64,000 nucleotides of DNA from an uncultured Clostridia bacterium (lineage in GTDB: Bacteria; Bacillota; Clostridia; Christensenellales; Borkfalkiaceae). Every line of letters starts with the position of its first letter. Position 1 is the stretch's first letter. This document shows positions 43,689 to 52,575 of the stretch, in pieces. The translations under genes and the position numbers were made by a program. The stretch is taken from positions 39,457 through 103,456 of the forward strand of contig CANQQD010000002.1 of NCBI GenBank assembly GCA_947625865.1, in the 5' to 3' direction. The notes under the pieces were generated by a model. That model was not told the DNA's origin and did no database searches. It worked only from the letters and a program-made list of their open reading frames with translations.

Positions 43689-44687
43689 TCAGTCGTCCTC
43701 GTCGTCGGACGAAGCGGCTATATATTTGTCGAGTACCTTTTTGCCTATCCTGGTGCCGACGCCGAGTATGCGCTCCTTCATGGTTCTGTGCTGCTTCTCC
43801 TCTATGCTGCCCTCGAACTTCAGATCGCGGCAAGGGTCGAAAACAACATAACCGCACTCCGCGGCATAGGCAAACACGCTCTTCAATATGCCCTCGATCA
43901 GGGGTCTGTCGGCTTCGGGACAGTTTTCGACAATATTCATGAGCATTGCGGGCTTTATTGCGTTTATGTATTTATCACCGAGCGCAGGGACCAAAGTGTT
44001 GTCTATGAGCGCGCCGATGGGCTCATAGTGCTTTTTTGCCACCCGCGCCTTTGCGCCCTTGACGGGTTCGCCCGTGGTTATAAGTTTGTACCACTCCAGA
44101 ATTACCGTTGTGAAACGGCACTTGATCTTTACGGGAGAGAGCAGCCACCGCGCAAACTTGATCATGCCGCCGAAAAACATCGGGATAAGCTGTATTATCA
44201 TAACGATTACGGAGAGCACTATAAGCGTAACGTCAATCGCAAAATCAAGCTTGCCGCCGCTGCCCGAGGAGGCAATGGCTATTGCTGAAATGGAAATGGC
44301 TATGGAAAGAAGCTTTACCAGCAGCCTGATTATTTTCAGGGTCAGCGAAAACCTTTTCAGGCTCTTTGTCGTAGCCCGCAGGCTGAGGACAAAGAAAATC
44401 ACAAGAAGCACCGCCATAAAAATATAGGTGCCGATTATTATGTAGGTCGCCAACCCCGCGCCAAACGAAACGGTTTTGCTGAGCGTTCTGTAAAGCATGA
44501 ACGTCGTATACAGAAGTGTAAAAATCATGCTTATGGAGAGGGTTACGACGTTTATCCTGCGCGAGATAACGGCACGGTTAGCATAGGCGTTTTTTATAAA
44601 CGTGCGCATGTCGAACACGTCCTTGGCGAGGGTAAACGTCTCCTCGGCGGAAATTGTATGGCGTATTTTTTTATCCTGTTCATCCAT
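43689..44687 (-). CDS. hypothetical membrane protein with acidic C-terminus
   Basis: Start MDEQDKK behind GAGGTGG. Four or more TM segments, then a soluble C-terminal domain ending SSDDEDD. No family recognised. Confidence 0.6.
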   Translation of the reverse strand: MDEQDKKIRHTISAEETFTLAKDVFDMRTFIKNAYANRAVISRRINVVTLSISMIFTLLYTTFMLYRTLSKTVSFGAGLATYIIIGTYIFMAVLLVIFFVLSLRATTKSLKRFSLTLKIIRLLVKLLSIAISISAIAIASSGSGGKLDFAIDVTLIVLSVIVMIIQLIPMFFGGMIKFARWLLSPVKIKCRFTTVILEWYKLITTGEPVKGAKARVAKKHYEPIGALIDNTLVPALGDKYINAIKPAMLMNIVENCPEADRPLIEGILKSVFAYAAECGYVVFDPCRDLKFEGSIEEKQHRTMKERILGVGTRIGKKVLDKYIAASSDDEDD

Positions 44688-44725
44688 GATCCACCTCACG
44701 CTGCGCAAGCTGCACCGCTAACAGA

Positions 44726-46615
44726 TTATATCATATCCGCATAGTCTGTGTAAAGCGCGTCGAGTAAATTTTTTATTTCCGACAGCCGTTCCGAAAGTGC
44801 GAGAACCGTTTTATAATCGGCAAGAACTGCGGAATCGGCAAGGTCGGCGTTGATTTTTGCCTCTTCCTCCTCGAGAGCGGAAATCTGAGCTTCGCATTGC
44901 CTTATACGCTCCTTCCTCTTTGCCTCTTCCGCCCTTTCCCTTTTGGAGCGGTAGCCCTCCGCGCGCTTTTCGCTCTGTTCGGCGTATTCCCGCCGCAGTT
45001 TTTCCTGACGCTCCCGCTCGCGCATTTCCGACTTTTTTGAAGTGTATTGGGCGTAATTTCCCTCATACGTGTTGAGTTTTTGCCCCTCGATCTCCACTAT
45101 TTTGCCGGCGACGGCGGAGATAAAATATCTGTCGTGGGAAACGAAGAGCACTGTGCCCGTAAATTCCTTTAACGCCCTTTCAAGGCTCTCGCGCGCGGGC
45201 AGATCGAGGTGGTTGGTGGGCTCGTCCAAAAGCAAAAAATTGGCGTTTTCGCTCTGCAAAACGGCAAGCGCAAGCTTTGCCCTCTCGCCGCCCGAGAGAC
45301 TTTTTACCTGCTTTTGCATATCCTCCTCAAACAAGCCGGAACGCGCCAACAGAGCGCGCATATCCGTCTGGGTAGCGGCGGCGTGCCGCTCCCAAAGCTC
45401 GGCGAGCACCGTGTTTTCGGGATCGAGATTCAGCCCCTCCTGATCGAAGAGGGCGATTTTTACATATCTGCCCCTGACGATTGCGCGGTCGTTGCCCATA
45501 ACTGCCCGCAAAAAGGTGGTCTTGCCCGTGCCGTTTTCGCCGACAAGGGCGACCTTTTCGCCGCGCGTAATATTTAATTGACCCCCGCATATGAGCGATT
45601 TGCCGCCTATTCCGAGGTTCAGATTTTCCACGGTGAGCACGTTTTCGTAGGGCTTTTCGGTGTAGGTAAACCTGAATTCGGGAGGCTTGGGCGGCAAATA
45701 GGGCTTTTCGAGCACGTCCATTTTTTCGAGCTGCTTTACGCGGCTCTGCGCGGACTTTGCCGTTGTCGCACGGACTATATTCCTTGCAACGTAATCTTGA
45801 AGTTTTGCAATCTCTTCCTTTTGAGCCTCGTATTCCTTTTGGAGGCGGGCGACAAGCTCAGCCTTTAAAACCTTGTATTTTGAATAATTTCCCGCAAACG
45901 TGTTGAGTTTTTTGTTTTCAAGCTCGAAAATGCGGGTACATAATCTGTCCAAAAAATATCTGTCGTGCGAAACCAAGATCATTGCGCCCTTGTAGGACTG
46001 CAAATAGTCCTCGAGCCAGAACAGGGTGGAAATATCGAGATGGTTGGTGGGCTCGTCCAATATGAGAAGGTCGGGCTCCTCCAGCAAGAGACGGGCGAGC
46101 TTTAAGCGGGTTTTTTCACCGCCGGACATTGTGTCTATTATTTGATCGTACCGCCCCTCAAAGCCCATGCCGTTCAATACGGTCTTTATTCTGACCTCCA
46201 CGTTGTAGCTGTCGCGCGAGGAAATAAATTTTTGCAGCGTTTCGATTTTTGCCGAAATGACCGAATAGTCGCGGCTTTTATAATCCAAGGCGGCGAGCTC
46301 CGAAGATAGCCTTGCAAGCTTTTCCACCGCTTCATAGTCCCCGTCGAACACTCTTTGCATTTCGGCAAACACGGTGTTGCCAGAGGAGTAGCCGCCGTTC
46401 TGCGACAAATAGCCTATGCGCGCGCCGTTTTTAATGAAAACCTTGCCCTCGTCGGGAGCAAGTTCGCCCAAAATCACCCTTAAAAGGGTCGTCTTGCCCT
46501 CGCCGTTGGCGCCTATGAGCCCTGCCCGCTCGCCCTCGTTGAACGAGAGGTCAACGCCCGAAAATATTAAATTGTCGCCGTAGGAAAAACCCACGTTCTC
46601 GAGAGAAATAAGCAT
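44726..46615 (-). CDS. ABC-F family ATPase (translation-associated)
   Basis: Two ABC cassettes (GANGEGKTT / MSGGEKTR; GENGTGKTT / LSGGERAK), no TM domain, charged coiled-coil C-terminus. Confidence 0.9.
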   Translation of the reverse strand: MLISLENVGFSYGDNLIFSGVDLSFNEGERAGLIGANGEGKTTLLRVILGELAPDEGKVFIKNGARIGYLSQNGGYSSGNTVFAEMQRVFDGDYEAVEKLARLSSELAALDYKSRDYSVISAKIETLQKFISSRDSYNVEVRIKTVLNGMGFEGRYDQIIDTMSGGEKTRLKLARLLLEEPDLLILDEPTNHLDISTLFWLEDYLQSYKGAMILVSHDRYFLDRLCTRIFELENKKLNTFAGNYSKYKVLKAELVARLQKEYEAQKEEIAKLQDYVARNIVRATTAKSAQSRVKQLEKMDVLEKPYLPPKPPEFRFTYTEKPYENVLTVENLNLGIGGKSLICGGQLNITRGEKVALVGENGTGKTTFLRAVMGNDRAIVRGRYVKIALFDQEGLNLDPENTVLAELWERHAAATQTDMRALLARSGLFEEDMQKQVKSLSGGERAKLALAVLQSENANFLLLDEPTNHLDLPARESLERALKEFTGTVLFVSHDRYFISAVAGKIVEIEGQKLNTYEGNYAQYTSKKSEMRERERQEKLRREYAEQSEKRAEGYRSKRERAEEAKRKERIRQCEAQISALEEEEAKINADLADSAVLADYKTVLALSERLSEIKNLLDALYTDYADMI

Positions 46616-46627
46616 ATGTATTGCGTT

Positions 46628-47485
46628 TTAATAGTCCCACTTGGGGATAAAGTCCTGTTTTGCGCTTTCGAAATCCTGCAAAAATACGTTTTGGAGCCCG
46701 ACCTCCTCCACCGCGGCAAGCACCTTTTTATACTCCCTCCCGGTTATGCCCCTCCGGAGTTCGGGGAGGTTGCCTATGTCGCCGAAGGGCGTGTATTGGC
46801 TCATGAGAGAAAAATATACGGTAGGGGGCAGAGAGGCAACAAATTTAACTATATTCACGCTGTCGTATGCGGCGAGGGGCAAAATCAAATGACGGACAAT
46901 ACAGCCCGAATGCATCTTCCCTTCCTCCATTTTCAGGGGCTTTGCAGCCATAAATTCTATGGCGGGCAGAGCGAATTTTGCATAATCTTCGCGGAGCGTA
47001 TAGCGTTTTGCAAGCAACGGGTCGATAAATTTCAAATCGGGGAGCCATATATCCACAATTTCGGAGGCGAGCTTTAACTGCTCCAATGTTTCGTAGCCGT
47101 GGGTGTTGTAGACTACGGGGATCTTCGGGCGGTAAATTTTCATTGCCCCCATAATATCCCTTAAATAATGGGTGGGATTGACAAGATTTATATTCTCCGC
47201 GCCCATGTTTTCGAGCTCTTCGAAAATAGCCGCGAGCTCCTCCTTCGATATCTCCTTGCCGCGCGTATTGCGGGATAGCTCGAAGTTCTGACAGAACGCG
47301 CACTTTAAAGAACAGCCGCAGAAGAATATGCAGCCGCTGCCGTTTTTATATGATATCGGCGGCTCCTCATATGGGTGGAGATAGTATTTTGCGATCTTTA
47401 TGCCCTTGACTCCGCAGGCGCCGGCTTGCGTTTTTCTGTCGGCGCCGCATTTAACGGGGCACTGCGTACATTTCATATCAACCAT
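46628..47485 (-). CDS. radical SAM protein (PflX / COG1313-like activase family)
   Basis: CSLKCAFC (CxxxCxxC) cluster motif and an N-terminal Cys-rich segment CTQCPVKCG. Start ambiguous between 47485 and 47476. Confidence 0.8.
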   Translation of the reverse strand: MVDMKCTQCPVKCGADRKTQAGACGVKGIKIAKYYLHPYEEPPISYKNGSGCIFFCGCSLKCAFCQNFELSRNTRGKEISKEELAAIFEELENMGAENINLVNPTHYLRDIMGAMKIYRPKIPVVYNTHGYETLEQLKLASEIVDIWLPDLKFIDPLLAKRYTLREDYAKFALPAIEFMAAKPLKMEEGKMHSGCIVRHLILPLAAYDSVNIVKFVASLPPTVYFSLMSQYTPFGDIGNLPELRRGITGREYKKVLAAVEEVGLQNVFLQDFESAKQDFIPKWDY

Positions 47486-47519
47486 TATATAAAAAAATAC
47501 TTTTAAACGCAACTTTTGT

Positions 47520-47548
47520 TTGACAATTATATGGCGAAATGATAAAAT
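47520..47548 (+). promoter_or_regulatory. sigma-A-like promoter of the metK leader
   Basis: TTGACA, 17-nt spacer, TAAAAT. Confidence 0.7.
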
Positions 47549-47559
47549 ACTTTCAAACC

Positions 47560-47690
47560 TATAAAGAGTGTGCGAGAGAACGGCTCGTCGACCACACAGC
47601 AACCTGCTTTACGCAAGGTGCTAATGCCGTACCGATGGGGATATAAACGTTAATTACTCCCCTGCGGCGGCAGAGGAGTTTTTGATTTAC
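47560..47690 (+). promoter_or_regulatory. S-box (SAM-I-like) riboswitch with terminator
   Basis: AAGAGTGTGCGAGAGAACGGCTCGTCGACCACACAGCAACC...AGGTGCTAATGCC is collinear with the SAM-I core (AAGAG..GAGGGA..GGCCC..CAGCAACC..AGGTGCTAA.TCC). Terminator CTCCCCTGC / GCAGAGGAG plus TTTTT at 47657-47685. GGGGA (47637-47641) can alternatively pair with TCCCC. Confidence 0.6.
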
Positions 47691-47699
47691 GGAGGACTT

Positions 47700-48851
47700 A
47701 TGAAGAAATTTTTTACAAGCGAGAGCGTTACGGAGGGGCATCCCGACAAGCTGTGCGACCAAGTGTCGGACGGGATACTCGACTATATTCTGAGCAAAGA
47801 TCCAAACGCAAGGTGCGCCATAGAGTGCTGCGCGGCGTATGACAGAATGTTAATTATGGGCGAGGTAACCTCTACAGCCAAAATGGGCGAGGACGATTAT
47901 ATAGATATTGCGCGGGGGATAATAGAAAAAATAGGCTACAGACACGGCTCGTTCGCCTTTGACAAGTGCAGGATAGAGGTTGCGGTGCACAGCCAGAGCC
48001 CCGATATCGCCATGGGCGTGGACAGCGCGCAGGACGGCAGGGGCGACACCGGCGCGGGCGACCAGGGTATGATGTTCGGATACGCTTGCAGGGAGACCGA
48101 GGAGCTCATGCCCCTCCCCATCGCGCTTGCGCACAAACTTGCAAAGAGGCTTGCCGAGGTCAGGAAAAACGGAACGCTCGCATATCTTCGACCGGACGGT
48201 AAAACTCAGGTCACCGTGGAATACGACGGCAAAAAGCCCGTGCGCGTTGATACGGTGGTTATCTCCGCACAGCATAATACAAAGGTTACGCAGGAGCAGC
48301 TCAGGGAAGATATTATAAAGAACGTGATTCCCGTTATCCCCGAAGAGTTGCTTGTTGATACAAAATTTTTGATTAACCCGACGGGCAGATTCAACATAGG
48401 AGGTCCCGAGGGAGACAGCGGGCTTACGGGCAGAAAGATAATAGTCGACACCTACGGCGGGAGATGCGCGCACGGGGGCGGCTCTTTTTCGGGCAAGGAC
48501 GCAACCAAAGTGGACCGCTCGGCGGCGTATATGGCGAGATATATCTGCAAAAATTTAGTTGCCGCAGGGCTGTGCGACGAGGTGGAATTACAGGTTGCCT
48601 ACGCGATAGGCGTTGCAAAGCCCGTTTCCGTATTTATAGACACCTTCGGCACGGGGAAGCTCGGCGACGACAGAATTGCGGAGATAGTTAAAAAAGAATT
48701 CGATCTGCGCCCCTCCGCCATTATAAAAACGCTCGGGCTGAGGGAGCCGATATTCTCGCAGACGGCGGCATACGGGCATTTCGGCAAGCCCAACCTGCCT
48801 TGGGAGCGCGTGAACAAAGCCGAGAGTTTAAAAAAATATCTCAACATTTGA
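47700..48851 (+). CDS. metK: S-adenosylmethionine synthetase
   Basis: [49 protein letters not shown] motifs. Confidence 0.96.
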   Translation: MKKFFTSESVTEGHPDKLCDQVSDGILDYILSKDPNARCAIECCAAYDRMLIMGEVTSTAKMGEDDYIDIARGIIEKIGYRHGSFAFDKCRIEVAVHSQSPDIAMGVDSAQDGRGDTGAGDQGMMFGYACRETEELMPLPIALAHKLAKRLAEVRKNGTLAYLRPDGKTQVTVEYDGKKPVRVDTVVISAQHNTKVTQEQLREDIIKNVIPVIPEELLVDTKFLINPTGRFNIGGPEGDSGLTGRKIIVDTYGGRCAHGGGSFSGKDATKVDRSAAYMARYICKNLVAAGLCDEVELQVAYAIGVAKPVSVFIDTFGTGKLGDDRIAEIVKKEFDLRPSAIIKTLGLREPIFSQTAAYGHFGKPNLPWERVNKAESLKKYLNI

Positions 48852-48869
48852 ATTTTATAATACACAGTA

Positions 48870-48903
48870 AATCGGCGGGCGACCCACAAACGGGTCGCCC
48901 GCA
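48870..48903 (+). terminator. metK terminator; left copy of a 34-bp direct repeat
   Basis: AATCGGCGGGCGACCCACAAACGGGTCGCCCGCA (stem GGCGGGCGACCC / GGGTCGCCCGC) followed by AAAATTTTTT. Confidence 0.85.
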
Positions 48904-48949
48904 AAATTTTTTATTGTTCAAATTTTCCTTTAATACAATTATAACGCAA

Positions 48950-48985
48950 TACTACGGAATTGCCAAGTACTACGGTATTCCGAAG
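48950..48985 (+). promoter_or_regulatory. two tandem 18-bp repeats, candidate operator upstream of the XRE gene
   Basis: TACTACGGAATTGCCAAG followed directly by TACTACGGTATTCCGAAG. Confidence 0.45.
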
Positions 48986-49037
48986 TATAAAAATTTTTTA
49001 AAGATTTATAATATTTTTCATAGACGGAGCAAATATT

Positions 49038-49274
49038 ATGAATCTTGCAGAAGCAGTTGCGGAACGTATAGAGCAGTTGCTGTCGGAGCGCAAAATAACT
49101 CAATACAAGCTGTCCCAACTGAGCGGAGTCCCGCAGGCAACAATCAGCGATTTAAGACTGAAAAAACACGGGTCGGTGAATTTGAGAGTTGTTTATGAAA
49201 TTGCCGACGGGCTGGGGTTGGGACTTGATGAATTTTTTGCAAGTCCGCTGTTTAAAAGAGAAAATATTGAATAG
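49038..49274 (+). CDS. small XRE-family HTH regulator
   Basis: 78 aa; ITQYKLSQLSGVPQATISDL HTH; RBS GACGGAGC is weak to moderate. Confidence 0.78.
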   Translation: MNLAEAVAERIEQLLSERKITQYKLSQLSGVPQATISDLRLKKHGSVNLRVVYEIADGLGLGLDEFFASPLFKRENIE

Positions 49275-49277
49275 CAT

Positions 49278-49311
49278 AATCGGCGGGCGACCCACAAACG
49301 GGTCGCCCGCA
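49278..49311 (+). terminator. right copy of the 34-bp direct repeat (terminator hairpin)
   Basis: Identical 34 nt to 48870-48903, 408 bp downstream, followed by GTTTTGTTTT. Confidence 0.85.
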
Positions 49312-49414
49312 GTTTTGTTTTAATCATTCCAACCGTACATAATCGGTGGTATAGCTGCCTATGCTCGCTATTTTTAAAGTGCCGCATTAAAATGTTGTGG
49401 TGAAATTTATAAGA

Positions 49415-49700
49415 AGCGCCACAGGCACAGATTCTTCGGCTATCGCCTCAGAATGACAGTGTGGGGGAGTTTGCCAGCATGCGCAAAATAGCAGTGTAGC
49501 GTAGGTATTGCAGATACGCGCAGGATGACAAGGAAGGTGGTTGCTCCCACCTGCCCTTTCAGGGCACCCTCCCCCGTTACACGGAAGAGGGCAAGGTTGG
49601 AGGTTGCCGTCTTATCGGACTTCGACCAAGCCACGAGGGAATTATCTCGGGCTCCGCCCTCGAAATGACACGGAGCAAGTTACGTTGCTATTATTAAAAA
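49415..49700 (+). repeat. mosaic intergenic element, copy C
   Basis: Collinear with copy D. CCTCAG..GACAG, CTCCCACC and CACCCTCCCCCGTTACACGGAAGAGGGCAAGGTT (49565-49598; 33 of 34 identical to 52918-52951), followed by GGAGGTTGCCG. Confidence 0.8.
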
Positions 49701-49726
49701 TAATTTATATTCGTTAAAGGGTGAAT

Positions 49727-50458
49727 TCAGTAGGACAGGGATTTTTTGGTGTGGTTTAATTTGAGAATTGCGGAGATTGCAAGCGTTGCCGCGCCCGCAA
49801 CGAAAAGATAGGTCAGATATAGCCAATTCAGCGGCATGCTGCCTATGGTAAAGATGGAGAACGATTCAAATTCCTCGCCGCCGACCGAAACAATGCCGTA
49901 TATGAACAAAAGAACGCTTATTACCACGCTTACGGTAAGAAACGCGATTAAATAGAGCAAGCGGCGCTTTTTTATTGCTACGGCCAGACAGCCCGAACCG
50001 AAACTGTATACGATAAGCCCTGCCGTCATCAGTATTCCGTGGACGTCGAGCTTGGAGACAGAGAACATAAAGCTGTTTAAATAGACCCACCCGTGCCCCT
50101 TGAAGATGAGGATTATAACGCCGTAAAAAGCCAAAAGATATAAAAACACCGCCGCGCTCATAACGACGGCATAGACCGCCGCGCCGAAATATTCGTATAC
50201 TGTCTTGCGCTTGGGGGAAAGGGGATACAGGCAGTACTGCGAGGGGCGCACCTCCGCCTGCAAGCCGTAGACCAACGGAACGAAGAACGAACATACGCTG
50301 AGAAACAGTACGGGCATGCAGTCAAAGGCGACAAAGCCGACGGCAACCATATAGCCGAACAGCGGTAAAACTCCGTATATAAGCATCTTTATGCCGTCGG
50401 GGAATAAGGGCTGAACGCCGCGGAAATAATTGACCCTTAAATATCTTAAAAAATTCAT
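49727..50458 (-). CDS. hypothetical polytopic membrane protein (putative ABC permease component)
   Basis: About 6 TM segments. Its start abuts the stop of the upstream membrane gene. Last gene of the GntR-ABC operon. Confidence 0.65.
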   Translation of the reverse strand: MNFLRYLRVNYFRGVQPLFPDGIKMLIYGVLPLFGYMVAVGFVAFDCMPVLFLSVCSFFVPLVYGLQAEVRPSQYCLYPLSPKRKTVYEYFGAAVYAVVMSAAVFLYLLAFYGVIILIFKGHGWVYLNSFMFSVSKLDVHGILMTAGLIVYSFGSGCLAVAIKKRRLLYLIAFLTVSVVISVLLFIYGIVSVGGEEFESFSIFTIGSMPLNWLYLTYLFVAGAATLAISAILKLNHTKKSLSY

Positions 50459-51205
50459 TCAATACTCCTTGGGGCGCAGATACAGTATGAGGCGCACGAC
50501 TCCCGCCGCAAACAGCCCAACCGCTATGGCGCAGAACACGCCGACATACACCCAGCTATATGGAACTTCGTTGAAGGCTATATACAGATTGCCGTTGCCG
50601 ATGCCGGTCAAGGCGATTATTATATAAAATGGCAAACTTACCATGACGGGAACCATGGCAAGCAGCGCATATTTGAGTTTTCCGCGCTTTATAAAGGAAA
50701 TTATGAGCACCAGCCCCATCATTGCAAAAACTATTGCCGCGGCTATTAAATAGCCCTGCGTGCAGACGAACACCAAAGCCGCCTCCTCCGTTTCCTCGAT
50801 GACGAATATCCACTCCCGCGTGGCAATCAATATTACTAACGCAACGATGAGCATTATAATCAACACCGCGGCTAAAAAAATCACAAAGCTCGCAACGGAG
50901 ACAAAGACAGCCGTGATAAAAAAATACAATACGTTGCGCCTGTGGGTTATCGGCATCAGCGCATACAGGGAGGGTTTGTTCTGTATTGCAAACGTCAAAC
51001 ACAAAAGACCTATAGAAAGTATAAAGCCGAAAACCAAAGATACGGGCATGGCGTTGTTGCCGAGCGGAAACAGAAAAATAATGAACAAGGCGCCGAACAA
51101 CGCGCTTGCACCGCCCGCATAGCTGCGCGCCGTTTTGTTTACGTTCAGATTGTTGCCGTTGACGCACTTAATATAGCTCCAAAGGCTCGGATGAAAATTT
51201 TTCAT
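50459..51205 (-). CDS. hypothetical polytopic membrane protein (putative ABC permease component)
   Basis: About 6 TM segments, same architecture as the downstream gene. Confidence 0.65.
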   Translation of the reverse strand: MKNFHPSLWSYIKCVNGNNLNVNKTARSYAGGASALFGALFIIFLFPLGNNAMPVSLVFGFILSIGLLCLTFAIQNKPSLYALMPITHRRNVLYFFITAVFVSVASFVIFLAAVLIIMLIVALVILIATREWIFVIEETEEAALVFVCTQGYLIAAAIVFAMMGLVLIISFIKRGKLKYALLAMVPVMVSLPFYIIIALTGIGNGNLYIAFNEVPYSWVYVGVFCAIAVGLFAAGVVRLILYLRPKEY

Positions 51206-51217
51206 ATTCTCCTCCCG

Positions 51218-52078
51218 TTATAAATCTTCAAAAGGCTCGCTTTGTTTATTTTCGCCGAGGGTGTGTATGAACAGCTCCTCCACCGTGGGCACCTTGATTT
51301 GCAAGCCCTCGCCCGAAATATCCTTGTTTTTTGTCAAAAACGTGTAGCCGAACATGGACTTCTGAACGCCGAGCGCGTATTTTTTAAGCTCTTCGGTGAG
51401 CTCCGCGCACTGCACGAGGCGATAATTTTCGCAAATGGTCTCCTTTTCCTCGTTCAGCGTGATTTTGCCGTTTTGCATAATGACTATGTAGTCGGCGATT
51501 TTATCCAAATCCTCGGTTATGTGCGTGGAAAACAGAACGGTGTGGTTTTCGTCCATCATAAATTCCTGTATAAGTTCCACCACGTTGCCCCTGTCGTAGG
51601 GGTCTATGCCCGAGGTGGGTTCGTCCAAAATGAGAATTTCGGGCTTTTGGCAGAGGGCGAGAATGAGGCAGTATTTGCGCTGCATGCCGAAGGAAAATTT
51701 GTTTACGCGGATATCGGACGGAAGCTGGAATTTTTGCATCAATTTTTCGTAGAGCTCGGCGTCGAACTGCGGATATATGGACTTATAGAGCTTAAAGAGC
51801 CGCTTGGGCTTTAAAGCAACGTTGAAGTGGGGCGCGTCGAAAACGCAGGCGATTTTATTCAATATCTCCACCTCGTTGCCCTTGAACGGTTTGCCGTCGT
51901 ACAGAATGTGCCCGGCGGAGGCGTCCTGCTGGCGCATTATAGTTTTTATGAGCGTGGATTTGCCCGCGCCGTTGCGGCCGATAAGCCCCGTTATGCAGCC
52001 CTTGCGGATATTCACCGTGGCGTTCATGGTGAATCTTTCAAAGGCTACCGTTAAATTTTCGATTTCAAGCGAATACAT
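51218..52078 (-). CDS. ABC transporter ATP-binding protein
   Basis: Walker A GRNGAGKST, degenerate signature FSFGMQRK, Walker B ILILDEPTSG. Confidence 0.9.
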   Translation of the reverse strand: MYSLEIENLTVAFERFTMNATVNIRKGCITGLIGRNGAGKSTLIKTIMRQQDASAGHILYDGKPFKGNEVEILNKIACVFDAPHFNVALKPKRLFKLYKSIYPQFDAELYEKLMQKFQLPSDIRVNKFSFGMQRKYCLILALCQKPEILILDEPTSGIDPYDRGNVVELIQEFMMDENHTVLFSTHITEDLDKIADYIVIMQNGKITLNEEKETICENYRLVQCAELTEELKKYALGVQKSMFGYTFLTKNKDISGEGLQIKVPTVEELFIHTLGENKQSEPFEDL

Positions 52079-52081
52079 TTT

Positions 52082-52453
52082 TCATTCTCCCAAAATTTGC
52101 TTGAATATGTTTGTCAAAGTTTCCTTGTCTACGCCGTGCTCTTGGGCGTATTTTGTGATTTCCTCAAACATATCCTTGATTTTTTCAAGCTTATAGGCGG
52201 TCAAATCGTCCTTTTTTACCTCGGCGACAAACACGCCCTTGCCCTGCACGGAGTATAAAAAGCCCTCCGCAGACAGGTCGTCATAGGCGCGCTTTGCAGT
52301 GATTATGCCTATTTTCAGTTCCTTTGCGAGCATGCGGATAGAGGGCAGCATCGTGCCCGCTTCAAGCTCGCCCGAAAGGATCTGTGCGCGGATTTGATAT
52401 TTGATTTGCTCGTATATGGGCTGACCCGATTGATACGATAACGCTATATGCAT
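52082..52453 (-). CDS. GntR-family (YtrA-subfamily-like, short) transcriptional regulator
   Basis: Start MHIALSYQSGQPIYEQI. LPSIRMLAKELKIGIITAKRAYDDL winged-helix motif. About 124 aa with a short C-terminal domain. Confidence 0.85.
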   Translation of the reverse strand: MHIALSYQSGQPIYEQIKYQIRAQILSGELEAGTMLPSIRMLAKELKIGIITAKRAYDDLSAEGFLYSVQGKGVFVAEVKKDDLTAYKLEKIKDMFEEITKYAQEHGVDKETLTNIFKQILGE

Positions 52454-52475
52454 ATTCGACCGCCTTTCAACTGTG

Positions 52476-52504
52476 ATTATACGATAGATACAGTTGGTTG
52501 TCAA
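52476..52504 (-). promoter_or_regulatory. sigma-A-like promoter of the GntR-ABC operon with embedded inverted repeat
   Basis: Minus strand reads TTGACA, 17-nt spacer, TATAAT. AACTGT ... ACAGTT inverted repeat spans the spacer and -10 region. Confidence 0.65.
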
Positions 52505-52539
52505 GGGAATTTTTAAACTTTTTTCGGGAGCCGTAAATT

Positions 52540-52575
52540 AATAAATATCCCCGTATACGTACGGGGATATTTATT
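52540..52575. repeat. perfect 16-bp-arm palindrome
   Basis: AATAAATATCCCCGTA-TACG-TACGGGGATATTTATT. Confidence 0.9.
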
